A DNA stretch of 64,000 bases from Planctomycetota bacterium (GTDB taxonomy: Bacteria > Planctomycetota > UBA8108 > SXIK01): assembly GCA_965223265.1 (NCBI GenBank), contig OZ244999.1, forward strand, positions 8,352,001 through 8,416,000. Direction: 5' to 3'. Both the position numbers and the translations under genes were made by a program. The stretch's first letter is position 1, and the number at the start of each line of letters is the position of its first letter. The notes below the pieces were generated by a model. The model did no database searches, had not been told where the DNA came from, and saw only the letters and a program-made list of their open reading frames with translations. Positions 19,585 to 27,845 of the stretch are shown piece after piece.

Positions 19585-19612
19585 AGCGCCCGCTACGAAA
19601 GTAGCGGGCGCT
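19585..19612 (-). terminator. Perfect 12-bp hairpin downstream of four-helix-bundle gene 2
   Basis: AGCGCCCGCTAC-GAAA-GTAGCGGGCGCT; no U-tract. Confidence 0.5.
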
Positions 19613-19624
19613 TGGGCGTCTCGC

Positions 19625-19948
19625 TCAGCGCGTGAGGCCGCTGAGAAGAGCTAGGAGTCGATCGAGGGTCTGGAGAGGCACTGAGACGTCTTCGGTCTTG
19701 AGATCGCCCCAGGCCACAGAGAGCTGCAGGGCAGTCTCGACCTCCCGGGCACTGCCGCGGGCAGCGCGGTAGAGGTGCAGCGGATCTTTCCCAGCGCGCT
19801 CGGCCCCCTCCGAGAGATTGAGCGCGACGGAAGAGGCAGCCCGACGAATCTGCCGATGGAGATCGGGATCAAGCCTCCGAAGCCGCAGCAATGGAGCCCG
19901 CAAGTCGCGAATCAAACCAAGACTGACATCGAGAGCGATGAAGCGCAT
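19625..19948 (-). CDS. Four-helix-bundle protein (23S rRNA IVP / Avd-like family), 107 aa
   Basis: QIRRAASSVALNLSEG..R...ARGSARE; gap-free alignment to the 18826-19149 product; GGAGG RBS before the ATG at 19948. Confidence 0.88.
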   Translation of the reverse strand: MRFIALDVSLGLIRDLRAPLLRLRRLDPDLHRQIRRAASSVALNLSEGAERAGKDPLHLYRAARGSAREVETALQLSVAWGDLKTEDVSVPLQTLDRLLALLSGLTR

Positions 19949-20115
19949 GAAAGACCTCCGCAGAACGTAGAGTGAACAGCTCCGCCGCGTCCGGGCGGCG
20001 GTACTCCACCCCCCGACGCGGAGCGGAGTGGGTGTCAAGGGCGCGCAGCGCCGAGCGCAGCGAGGGCACCCTTGACAGTTCCGAGCACCGCGTACGCTCG
20101 ACAAGACCGCCGCCG
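19949..20115 (-). other. Conserved structured non-coding leader, copy 2
   Basis: Homologous to 18643-18825; contains the perfect stem TGTCAAGGG...CCCTTGACA. Confidence 0.7.
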
Positions 20116-20123
20116 TACGGTGA

Positions 20124-20231
20124 CCTCCCACTCCTCCCACTCCTCCCACTCCTCCCACTCCGCCTCCCACTCCGCCTCCCACGCAAACGCAAACGCAAAC
20201 GCAAACGCAAACGCAAACGCAAACGCAAACG
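20124..20231. repeat. Compound microsatellite (CCTCCCACT)4-(CCGCCTCCCACT)~2-(ACGCAA)8
   Basis: Directly visible upstream of leader copy 2. Confidence 0.95.
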
Positions 20232-20344
20232 AAGAGCCTGCCACCTTGGCGGCCGAATGGCGAAACTCCGACTAGCTCAGCGCCAGACCCAGGCTAGAAC
20301 ACCGTCCGGCAACGAACACGGGGTCCCATCGCGTGCGTCCGCTC

Positions 20345-21439
20345 TCACGGCGACGGTTTCCCCGCCTCTGACTTTTGAAACCGCTGCTTCATCCGACCCC
20401 AAAGACGCTGCAGCCAACGACCGCGGACGACCTTCTCGGTCGTTGTCTCCGCCGAGGCGTCAAACAGGTGACGCAGATCATCGACGAAGGCATCGTAGGA
20501 TTCCAGCACCGACTCGTAATAGCCCTTTTCGTGGATGCGCCTGAACGCCGTCGCGTAGTAGTCGATGAAATTGTCGTCGATCAGATCGAGCGCCACTTTG
20601 GCCGCACCGTGCGCGGTCTTGCCGGCGCGCACCATTTGTGTGAACGTCATCATGGCGACAGCGTTCGACACCTCGAAGAGGGAGCGCCCTTCGAGGCGAA
20701 CTGTGTCCTGGATCTCATTCCAGACGCGCTCGATGTCTTTTATGGGAACGAGACTCGCGAGGTCGGTCGTCTGCGATTGCTCGCGGAGCTGGGCGACCAT
20801 GGCCCGCAATTGATCCACTGTGACGGGTGGTGTGTCGAGACCATCTGCGAGGGTCCCCGAGGTCTTTTGTAACGCGTCGAGGAGACCATCGACGTTTTCG
20901 ATCGTATCGCTTTCGTCGATGACGCCTTGCTGACGCAGCTCGTCAACGAGCGCGTTGAGATAGGAGCGTGCGCCGAGGGCCACGTCGCTAAAGATGGCGA
21001 TCACCCAAAGCGGTGAAACGTGCATCACGGAGAGCCCGGCGATGTCGATGACGTTGCCGACGGCCTTCTTGACGACGAATTGATCATCTTCGCCGCTCGT
21101 GGTCTTCGCGTCTGCTTCGGGATTGTCTTTGTCACCCGAAGGTTTCAGACGTCCGACGTCATCGGCAAGAAAACCGAGCATCTTTTGCACCGTAATGTCG
21201 TAGAGGCGGCCACCCTTGAACGCGTCCGGCACAACGACCTTGGCTGCGTCGCGGACCGTGCGGCTGGTAGTGCCGATCATCGCGCGAGCCAACCGCTCCG
21301 GCACGCTCAAGCCTTAGACGGCAGCGTCGACGGCGGCCGACAACGCGTCTGTTGCCCCATCTTCGGGGCGGTTCGCCTCTGGGGACGCCTCATTCTCCAG
21401 TTCTCCGGAGCGTACGGAATCGCCGCTGCTCGCGTCCAT
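20345..21439 (-). pseudogene. Conserved hypothetical protein (LSxPER-type) with an in-frame TAA at 21314-21316
   Basis: The frame is open from ATG 21439 (AAGAGG RBS) as MDASSGD...AAVDAAV*GLSVPERLAR, then continues as the 321-aa ORF 20345-21310. Confidence 0.55.
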
Positions 21440-21767
21440 GTTTGCCTCTTGTGGCTGGGTGGGATCGTTTGCTGGCATGTGAGGTCACCTGCTGCGGTGG
21501 TCGCCGACCGGCGTACTGCTCGAATAGACGTTGTGTTCCGCGGGTCGTTTCAAATCGTTCCCTAAAATATCGGCCATCGGGGTTCGAATTTCGCAGGAGA
21601 TTCTTGTGGAGCCAAGACACGGAAGCCCGCACGCGTACACGATCGCCTACTCCCCACGCCCACGCAATCGCCCACGCCCACCCACACGCAAACCCAAGTG
21701 CGAGGCAGATACGGCGTCAGTCGCACCCAGAGTACGGACGAAGACGCCAACTCCTCGGCCCACGGAA

Positions 21768-21792
21768 GCCGAATGACTTTTTCAACGGGCTG
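21768..21792. mobile_element. Solo right end of the IS1182-like MITE family
   Basis: GCCGAATGACTTTTTCAACGGGCTG followed by CTAG; identical to the right end of 43400-43557; no left end found. Confidence 0.65.
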
Positions 21793-22026
21793 CTAGGTCA
21801 CAACCCCGATCGTCAGCAGCAGGTTGGCGTAGATGCGCTGCTCGGCCGTCGCCACGGTTAGGGCCACGTCTGGTGAGGCCGCGGCGTCATAGAATGTGAA
21901 GCGCCCGAGGCGTTCCAGCTTGACGTCGGCTCGCGCCTCGACGAGGAGCGATCGGAACTCATCCCAGATTGGCGGCTCCACACCATCCGCAGGATCCATG
22001 ACCGCGGCGCTCTCGACAGGAATCGC
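21793..22026 (-). pseudogene. RbsD/FucU family mutarotase/pyranase, 3' fragment
   Basis: AIPVESAAVM...PPIWDEF...LGRFTFYDAA...VATAEQRIYANLLLTIGV; joins in frame with 26092-26289 across the TSD. Confidence 0.88.
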
Positions 22027-22267
22027 TGCTGAGTCCCACAAACTCTGGCTCGTGAGCAGCGACGAGTCTCAGATTCACTGACCCGGAAACGCCCCGGCAT
22101 ACCCCGCCGAACCGACCGTCCGATCATACCCCGCCTACCCCGCGCCCCCCGTTCGACGCTGCGCCCTGGACCTTCGCTCGACTCCTCGCCTCACCTCGAG
22201 TAAAGAGGGGAGCGGAGAGACCGGTGTTGGTGCACTTCTCTCCGCAAGTCCCCGTACGGAGAGAGCG

Positions 22268-22936
22268 ATGCTACCCCATTTGGTCAACGCGATACAGAGC
22301 TATGGCGAAGCTGTTCGCCGCCGTGAGATCCAGCCGACCTGTAACCGCTGCCCGAATTGCAGCGGGGAGCCAGATCGGTTCCGCTACCGCGGTCACCGAG
22401 AGCGCGTGTTCCTCGTTATCGTCAGGCGTCTGGTCGAACCTGTCCTGTCGCTTCTGAGTCGCTGGAAGTGTCCTCTGTGTAAGCGCTCCTTCACGCTCTA
22501 CCCGCCCTTCGCGCTGCCGGGGAAACGCTACGTTCGCGACTGCGTTTTCGATCACGCTCGGCGCTACCTCCAGATCGACGAGCTTTCGTATCGCGAAGCC
22601 GTCAAGGTCGAACACATGCCCGTCTTCCACGAGGGTGACGACAGGGGAGCGATCGACGAGCGCAGCCTCGCGCACTCAACACTTCATCGTTGGCTTTCGT
22701 TCTTTCGCTCTCTCAACGCCACGCTCCTGGAGGCTCTCCGCCTCATCCGAGAGCGCTCGGCGAGGTCCGACATCTTCCGCAAGGTCTTCGCCGTCCGTCC
22801 AGCCAAGTACCGAAGCGAATCACGGCGGGACACTCTCGTCGCGGCACTTCGAGCTCTCTCGATCGACCAGGTGTTCCGTTCCCTCTTCGGCCGATCGATC
22901 TTCCCCGACTTGGCAACCTCCGCAGCCTGGGCGTGA
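22268..22936 (+). CDS. Transposon-associated zinc-ribbon protein (DUF6431-like)
   Basis: CPNC...RWKCPLCKRSFTLYPPFALPGKRY...HSTLHRW. Confidence 0.7.
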   Translation: MLPHLVNAIQSYGEAVRRREIQPTCNRCPNCSGEPDRFRYRGHRERVFLVIVRRLVEPVLSLLSRWKCPLCKRSFTLYPPFALPGKRYVRDCVFDHARRYLQIDELSYREAVKVEHMPVFHEGDDRGAIDERSLAHSTLHRWLSFFRSLNATLLEALRLIRERSARSDIFRKVFAVRPAKYRSESRRDTLVAALRALSIDQVFRSLFGRSIFPDLATSAAWA

Positions 22937-22976
22937 GCGAGAATCACGCCTCGCTCGCCCCATGCGAGGTGTGATC

Positions 22977-24539
22977 ATGAAAGCGAAAGATCTCGATTGG
23001 GCTATCTTCTGGGCGGCTCTTCTCCAGCCCGTCGTCATCGGCGAGGTGCCGGAGGAGGAAGCCGCGCGATTTCTCCGCGAGCTCGCCAAAGAAGAGCGCA
23101 TCTTTCCCGACGGATCGCGACGCAAGCCGGCTCTTTCGACCCTGAGGCGGAAGCTTCGCATCTATCGCGAGGAGGGCTTCGAGGGTCTTGCCCGCAGGCC
23201 GCGAAGCGATCGCGGGAAACCGCGTGCCCACGGCAAAGAGCTCGTCGAGAAAGCCGTCGAGCTGAAGCGTGATCAGCCACTGCGCTCCCACTTCGCCATC
23301 AACAAGTTCCTCCAGGCTCAGCACGGAAAGACCATTCCGCGTTCGACCCTCTTCCGCTACCTCAAGATCGCCGGCGCGACGCGGCTGAAGCTCGGTGTCG
23401 AGAGGAGGAAAGTCCGGAAACGCTGGACTCGTGACTCCACCCATGCCCTCTGGGTCGGCGACTTCGCCGATGGACCCTACGTGCTGCACGACGGCGAAGT
23501 CGTCCCCACCTTCCTCTGTGTTCTCATCGACTGCTACAGCCGCTCGCTCGTCGAGGGGCGCTACTACCTTCGGCAAAATCTCGAGGTCTTGATCGACTGC
23601 TTGCTGCGGGCGTGGGCCAAGCACGGTGCTTCGGACGAGCTCTATGTCGATCAGGCGAAGGTCTATATCTCCAAAGCGCTCAAGGCGGCATGCCTTGCCG
23701 TTGTCACCCGGCTCATCCATCGCGGCAAGGGCGATCCGCCACCGGGTGGTCTCGTCGAACGACTCATCGAGACGATACAGGGCCAGTTCGAGGCCGAGGT
23801 CAGAGCCGGCGAGATCCTCACTCTCGACTCGCTCAACGGAAGCTTCGATTCCTGGAAGACCGTGGCCTACCACCGCCAGGTCAACACCGAGACCGGCGAA
23901 ACACCCGAGGCACGAGCCGAGGCCGGCCTCAAACGGCCTATCCGACACGTCGACATTCAGCGCGTCACCGAGTTCTTCATGTGCCGCGAGACGCGGCGCG
24001 TTCACCCGGACTTCTCCGACGTCCAGCTCGATCGCCGCTTCTATCGCGTCGACAAGAGTCTGCGCGGTGACAAGGTCGAAGTCCGCTACGATCCCTTCTC
24101 CGCGCCCGACACGGTTCTCATCTACTCCAGCAACGAAGAGTACCTCGGAAAGGGCGTCCTTCACGAGCGCGAAGAGGGCGAGGACGCCGGTGCTCCCGCC
24201 CCTCCCGCCAAAGCGAAGCACAACTATCTGGAGCTTCTTCGCCGTGAGCACGACGAGGAGCTCAAGAAGCGCGCCCAGGGGATCGACTACCGTCGTGTCA
24301 TCGCCTCTCGCCAGTGGCCCTTCACCGACTTCGCATGCCTTCTCGGCCGGCTCATGGGGCGCAAGGGCGCCCTCTCGAGCTTCACCGCCGAGGAGCTCGA
24401 GGAACTCAAGAAGTTCTACAACCGTACTCCCAGCCTCACCGAAGTCCTCTTGCTGAGGGCCTTCGAGAAGGCTCCGGAGAAATCCATTCCCTACATCGCC
24501 TACGAGCTTCAACGACTCGCAGGCAGAAAGGAGGACTGA
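22977..24539 (+). CDS. DDE-type integrase/transposase (HTH + rve core + Mu-transposase C-terminal-like domain)
   Basis: STLRRKLRIY...GLARRPRSDRG HTH; LWVGD, LYVDQ and GLVER DDE triad; VEVRYDPF; start at MKAKD after a GAGGTG RBS. Confidence 0.9.
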   Translation: MKAKDLDWAIFWAALLQPVVIGEVPEEEAARFLRELAKEERIFPDGSRRKPALSTLRRKLRIYREEGFEGLARRPRSDRGKPRAHGKELVEKAVELKRDQPLRSHFAINKFLQAQHGKTIPRSTLFRYLKIAGATRLKLGVERRKVRKRWTRDSTHALWVGDFADGPYVLHDGEVVPTFLCVLIDCYSRSLVEGRYYLRQNLEVLIDCLLRAWAKHGASDELYVDQAKVYISKALKAACLAVVTRLIHRGKGDPPPGGLVERLIETIQGQFEAEVRAGEILTLDSLNGSFDSWKTVAYHRQVNTETGETPEARAEAGLKRPIRHVDIQRVTEFFMCRETRRVHPDFSDVQLDRRFYRVDKSLRGDKVEVRYDPFSAPDTVLIYSSNEEYLGKGVLHEREEGEDAGAPAPPAKAKHNYLELLRREHDEELKKRAQGIDYRRVIASRQWPFTDFACLLGRLMGRKGALSSFTAEELEELKKFYNRTPSLTEVLLLRAFEKAPEKSIPYIAYELQRLAGRKED

Positions 24540-25330
24540 TGTTCACCACCCATTTCAAGATGACGACGCAGCCCTTTCTCGAGCGCGCGCCCGTCGAGCA
24601 GATTCTTTCCGACGAGCGCATCACCCAGGGACTCGCTCGACTGGAGTACCTCGCCAAGTCGGGCTCGATCGGCCTGGTGACCGGACTCACCGGGGTGGGG
24701 AAGTCGTCTCTGGTGAAGCTCTTCGTGCGCTCGCTGAGCCGCAACCTCTACGACCCGATCTATCTCTCGCTGACCTACGTCGGGGCAAACGGCATTCTGA
24801 AGCTCCTGGTTTCCAGCCTCGGCGAGCAGCCCCGCCGTGGCAAGGAGCGGCTCTTCCTCCAGATCCTGGATCGCGTCGGGGCGAACGAGCACACGACAAT
24901 CCTCGTCATCGATGAAGCGCACCTGCTTCCTTCGGAGTCGCTCACCGATCTGAGACTTCTGGTCAGCTCCGGACTCGAGGACGGCCCGCCATTGAAGATC
25001 CTCCTCAGCGGACAAGAGACCCTGAGAAAGGAGCTTACCCGAGCGCGCCACGCCGATCTCACGCATCGGCTCAGCGTGCGCTACCACGTGCCGCCGCTCA
25101 GCAAGGAGCAGACGGTCGAGTACATCGACTTTCAGATGCGCGCAGCCGGCGCCTCGCAGAAAGTCTTCGAGCCTGAAGCGAAGTCGCTCATCCACGACTA
25201 CTCAAGCGGCGTGCCGCGGCGCATCAACAACATCGCCACCGCCTGCCTCATTCAGGCCGCGAGCAAGAACGTCCAGAAGATCTCCGAGGCGCTCGTCAAC
25301 GACACCGCCCCCGAGTTCCATCTGCCCTGA
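24539..25330 (+). CDS. ExeA/TniB-like AAA ATPase (transposition helper)
   Basis: GLTGVGKS Walker A; VIDEAH Walker B; LSGQ; SGVPRRINN; ATG overlaps the integrase stop (TGATG) with an AAGGAGG RBS. Confidence 0.9.
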   Translation: MFTTHFKMTTQPFLERAPVEQILSDERITQGLARLEYLAKSGSIGLVTGLTGVGKSSLVKLFVRSLSRNLYDPIYLSLTYVGANGILKLLVSSLGEQPRRGKERLFLQILDRVGANEHTTILVIDEAHLLPSESLTDLRLLVSSGLEDGPPLKILLSGQETLRKELTRARHADLTHRLSVRYHVPPLSKEQTVEYIDFQMRAAGASQKVFEPEAKSLIHDYSSGVPRRINNIATACLIQAASKNVQKISEALVNDTAPEFHLP

Positions 25331-25349
25331 GAACGGAGACTGACGCGCC

Positions 25350-25643
25350 ATGTTCCACAAGACCCTGATGCCTCGAGTCAACGACTTCGCCGAGTATCCT
25401 GAGCTCGCCGTTTTGATGACCCTCGCGACGAACCTCGAGATCGCCCTGTTCGCTCTGAACGCCGCGTACCCCGATCTCGACTTCGACTACACGCAACGCT
25501 CCTCCTACACCGAGCAAGACGCCTATCTCGCCGCCTTGGGCGCTCAGCTGCGAGCGCTCCAGATCGTCCTCGAAGAGTATCTCGAGAGCCTGCAACGAAT
25601 CCGATATTTGAAGGCGCCGAGCGGTGGAGGTGGCGTCGCATGA
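25350..25643 (+). CDS. Small hypothetical helical protein inside the transposon
   Basis: 97-aa ORF co-oriented and tightly packed between the ATPase and the zinc-finger gene (ATGA overlap). Confidence 0.65.
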   Translation: MFHKTLMPRVNDFAEYPELAVLMTLATNLEIALFALNAAYPDLDFDYTQRSSYTEQDAYLAALGAQLRALQIVLEEYLESLQRIRYLKAPSGGGGVA

Positions 25644-25957
25644 CAGGACGATTCTCCGGCAAGCTCCTGCGGTCGTTGAGAAACGATATACCGATCGCGT
25701 GGCTCCTCGATCTGCTCGGCGTCCCCGCGAAAATCTCCGAGGGCTACGTGCGCTTCCTCTGTCCGCGGTGTCGCGAATTCAACACCGCGACGAAGGCGTC
25801 CACCAACCTCGCGCGTTGCTTTCGCTGCGAGACGAACTTCAACCCGATCGACCTGGTCATGATCGTCAAGCGGCTGAATTTCGTCGACGCCGTCGAGTTC
25901 CTCGCCGAGCTCCGCGATCGTCGCGGTGACGCTCGCGCCACGCCTCGCCCTTCGTGA
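25640..25957 (+). CDS. CHC2-like (primase-type) zinc finger protein
   Basis: FLCPRC...NLARCFRCETNFNPIDLVM....NFVDAVEFL; GGAGGT RBS. Confidence 0.8.
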   Translation: MTGRFSGKLLRSLRNDIPIAWLLDLLGVPAKISEGYVRFLCPRCREFNTATKASTNLARCFRCETNFNPIDLVMIVKRLNFVDAVEFLAELRDRRGDARATPRPS

Positions 25958-25962
25958 TTCCC

Positions 25963-25996
25963 CGGGTCGTCGTGCCGTCCGGGACACGACGACCCG
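25963..25996. terminator. Hairpin after the last transposon gene
   Basis: CGGGTCGTCGTG-N10-CACGACGACCCG perfect 12-bp stem; no U-tract. Confidence 0.4.
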
Positions 25997-26091
25997 CGCC
26001 TTCTCGCCTCGCAAATCGCATCTCGCACCCGCGAATCAGCACCATGCCATTTAATCTGGGATTTCCGCGCCAGATACTGTGGGACTTAGCA

Positions 26092-26289
26092 AATCGCCGT
26101 TAGGAGGGCTTTGAGCGCTTGCGTGCAGCTGACGACGCCTGGAGCCAGGTTGAGCTCGACGAGCTCGGCGTTTGGGCCGAGCTTGGTCGCGAACGGGAAG
26201 TTGCCATCAGCTAGCAGCACCTTCGAGCCGTGCCCGGCACGACCCAGGGCTGCAAGAATGCGTGGGTGGATCAGCTCGTGTTTGAGCAT
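26092..26289 (-). pseudogene. RbsD/FucU family protein, 5' fragment
   Basis: MLK..LIHP.IL.ALGRAGHGSKVLLADGNFP; truncated at the transposon end. Confidence 0.88.
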
Positions 26290-26345
26290 GACATGCGATC
26301 AGGCGACGCCTAGGTTCGATGCCGCAGATTCCGAACGCGCTGCAT

Positions 26346-26876
26346 TCAGTCCCCGAATCTCGGGATCTGTGAGCCACACGCCTGGATCGGCACGATCTTT
26401 TCCAGTTCCTCGCGCGGGATCGACGGTCCGGCGCGCTTGCAATGTTCATTGAAAGCCGCAGCCAAATCGTTGGCGATTTCGACTGGACCTCGCCCTTCGA
26501 TCTCGTGACGCTGCAGGATCTTGGCAACCTTCTTTTCCTTGAACAGGGCGATGCAGGGAGAAGAGGGCTGGTATTCGCTCATGTAGCCACGTGCCCGTTC
26601 GACGGCGTCGCGTTCCATGCCGGCGAAAACCGTCGTCAGATGGTCAGGGATCAGCTGGTTTTGCAGCGCCAGCATGACTCCGGGCCTGGCGTTGCCGGCG
26701 GCGCAGCCACAAACCGAATTGACAACCACCAAGGTCGTCCCTCCCTGGTCCATCACCGCATCAACGTCATCCGCGCTCAGCAGCTCTTTGACACCAACGA
26801 GCTTCAGTTCCTCGCGCATCGGGCGCACGGCTTCGGGGTCGTACATTGGCTGACCACCGAGGATATTCAAATTCAT
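26346..26876 (-). CDS. BrxA/BrxB family bacilliredoxin
   Basis: PMREEL...VVNSVCGCAAGNARP...TVFAG...PSSP.IALFK...RHEIEGR. Confidence 0.9.
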   Translation of the reverse strand: MNLNILGGQPMYDPEAVRPMREELKLVGVKELLSADDVDAVMDQGGTTLVVVNSVCGCAAGNARPGVMLALQNQLIPDHLTTVFAGMERDAVERARGYMSEYQPSSPCIALFKEKKVAKILQRHEIEGRGPVEIANDLAAAFNEHCKRAGPSIPREELEKIVPIQACGSQIPRFGD

Positions 26877-26939
26877 TCCGATATCTCCTAGTGAGACCTT
26901 CCTAAATCTTCTGGCGCGAGAGTTCCGGTCGAGCTCGCA

Positions 26940-27590
26940 TCACTTTGTAGAAGGACGGTTTTTCTTTTTCTTGCTGCTGCGCGGCGTCCGAGTTGTCGCG
27001 CCCTGCTTCTTGCGAGCGGCAGTGCGTCTCGTCTTCGCGCCGCCTGACGGCGTGGTTTTGGATTTGTCTTCAGCTCCTACCTGAGACGCCTCTCGGGCTA
27101 CAGATACTCCAGTGTCGTGACGGGCCTTTTGGCACTCGCGCGCAAACTTTCGCCGGAAGGACTGCGCCGCTGCTTCATGAGACAGGAGCAACTGCACAAG
27201 ACCCATGACTTTGTGTCCGGTGGTTGGGCTCAGGAGGTGCTCCATTTTACAGGCGTCGATCTGCGCCTGTTCGTCGTCGACTCTTAGAATCGTCGTCAAG
27301 AAATGGATCAACGTGGCGCGATTGTACACGATCTGGCGGGCGACAGATTCGCCCGATTCGGTGAGGCTCAAGTGTCGAGCGCGATCTTCTCTCACGAACC
27401 CGAGGTCTTTCAGGCGGCGAACCTCGAACGATACGGCGCTCTTCGTGACGCCGAGCTCGTCAGCGATATCTGTGATGCGTGCGTAGCCGTTTTCCGTGTG
27501 CAGGTCCCGCAGCGTCACGAGGTAGTGAGCCATCGAATGCGAGATCTCGTTGGCGTTGTACTCCTTCCAGGTCGAGTTGGGGTTGCCCAT
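26940..27590 (-). CDS. DtxR/MntR family metal-dependent transcriptional regulator
   Basis: SHSMAHYL...GYARITDIA..LGV.K.AVS...DACKMEHLLS; Lys-rich tail; start at MGNPN after a GGAG RBS. Confidence 0.88.
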   Translation of the reverse strand: MGNPNSTWKEYNANEISHSMAHYLVTLRDLHTENGYARITDIADELGVTKSAVSFEVRRLKDLGFVREDRARHLSLTESGESVARQIVYNRATLIHFLTTILRVDDEQAQIDACKMEHLLSPTTGHKVMGLVQLLLSHEAAAQSFRRKFARECQKARHDTGVSVAREASQVGAEDKSKTTPSGGAKTRRTAARKKQGATTRTPRSSKKKKNRPSTK

Positions 27591-27845
27591 GCCGCACCTG
27601 GCTGTATGGAGATCACCGCTACTGCTGGCTTTCGAATGCGCTTTGTTCGACACGATTCGTCGGGTTTCGTGATCTACTGATCCTGGGGTGAGGCCGATGT
27701 ACGTACACGACGCGGCCAAACGTGCCATCCTCGTGAGAGGAACGATCACTGCATCTTTCAATCTCCGGCGGGATGTGTCAAGGAGTCGATCGCTGCGCGG
27801 TCCTGCACAATGGCTGCGCACGAACAGCGCACCGTCCTGTGCTCG

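Larger units (their letters stand above)
22027..26091 (+). mobile_element. 4065-bp DDE integrase + AAA ATPase transposon (IS21/Mu-like logic, family unassigned)
   Basis: TG...CA ends; TIR TGCTGAGTCCCACAAACTCTGGC vs TGCTAAGTCCCACAGTATCTGGC; 6-bp TSD AATCGC at 22021-22026 and 26092-26097; splits an RbsD/FucU gene. Confidence 0.92.

Noticed and set aside
18826-19948. Diversity-generating retroelement (Avd-like genes)
   Set aside because: No reverse transcriptase and no TR/VR pair differing at adenines is visible in the window.
22944-24512. Long antisense ORFs (also 36497-38038, 47352-48497, 60439-61422)
   Set aside because: Shadows of GC-rich codon usage on the opposite strand of well-supported genes; no motifs.
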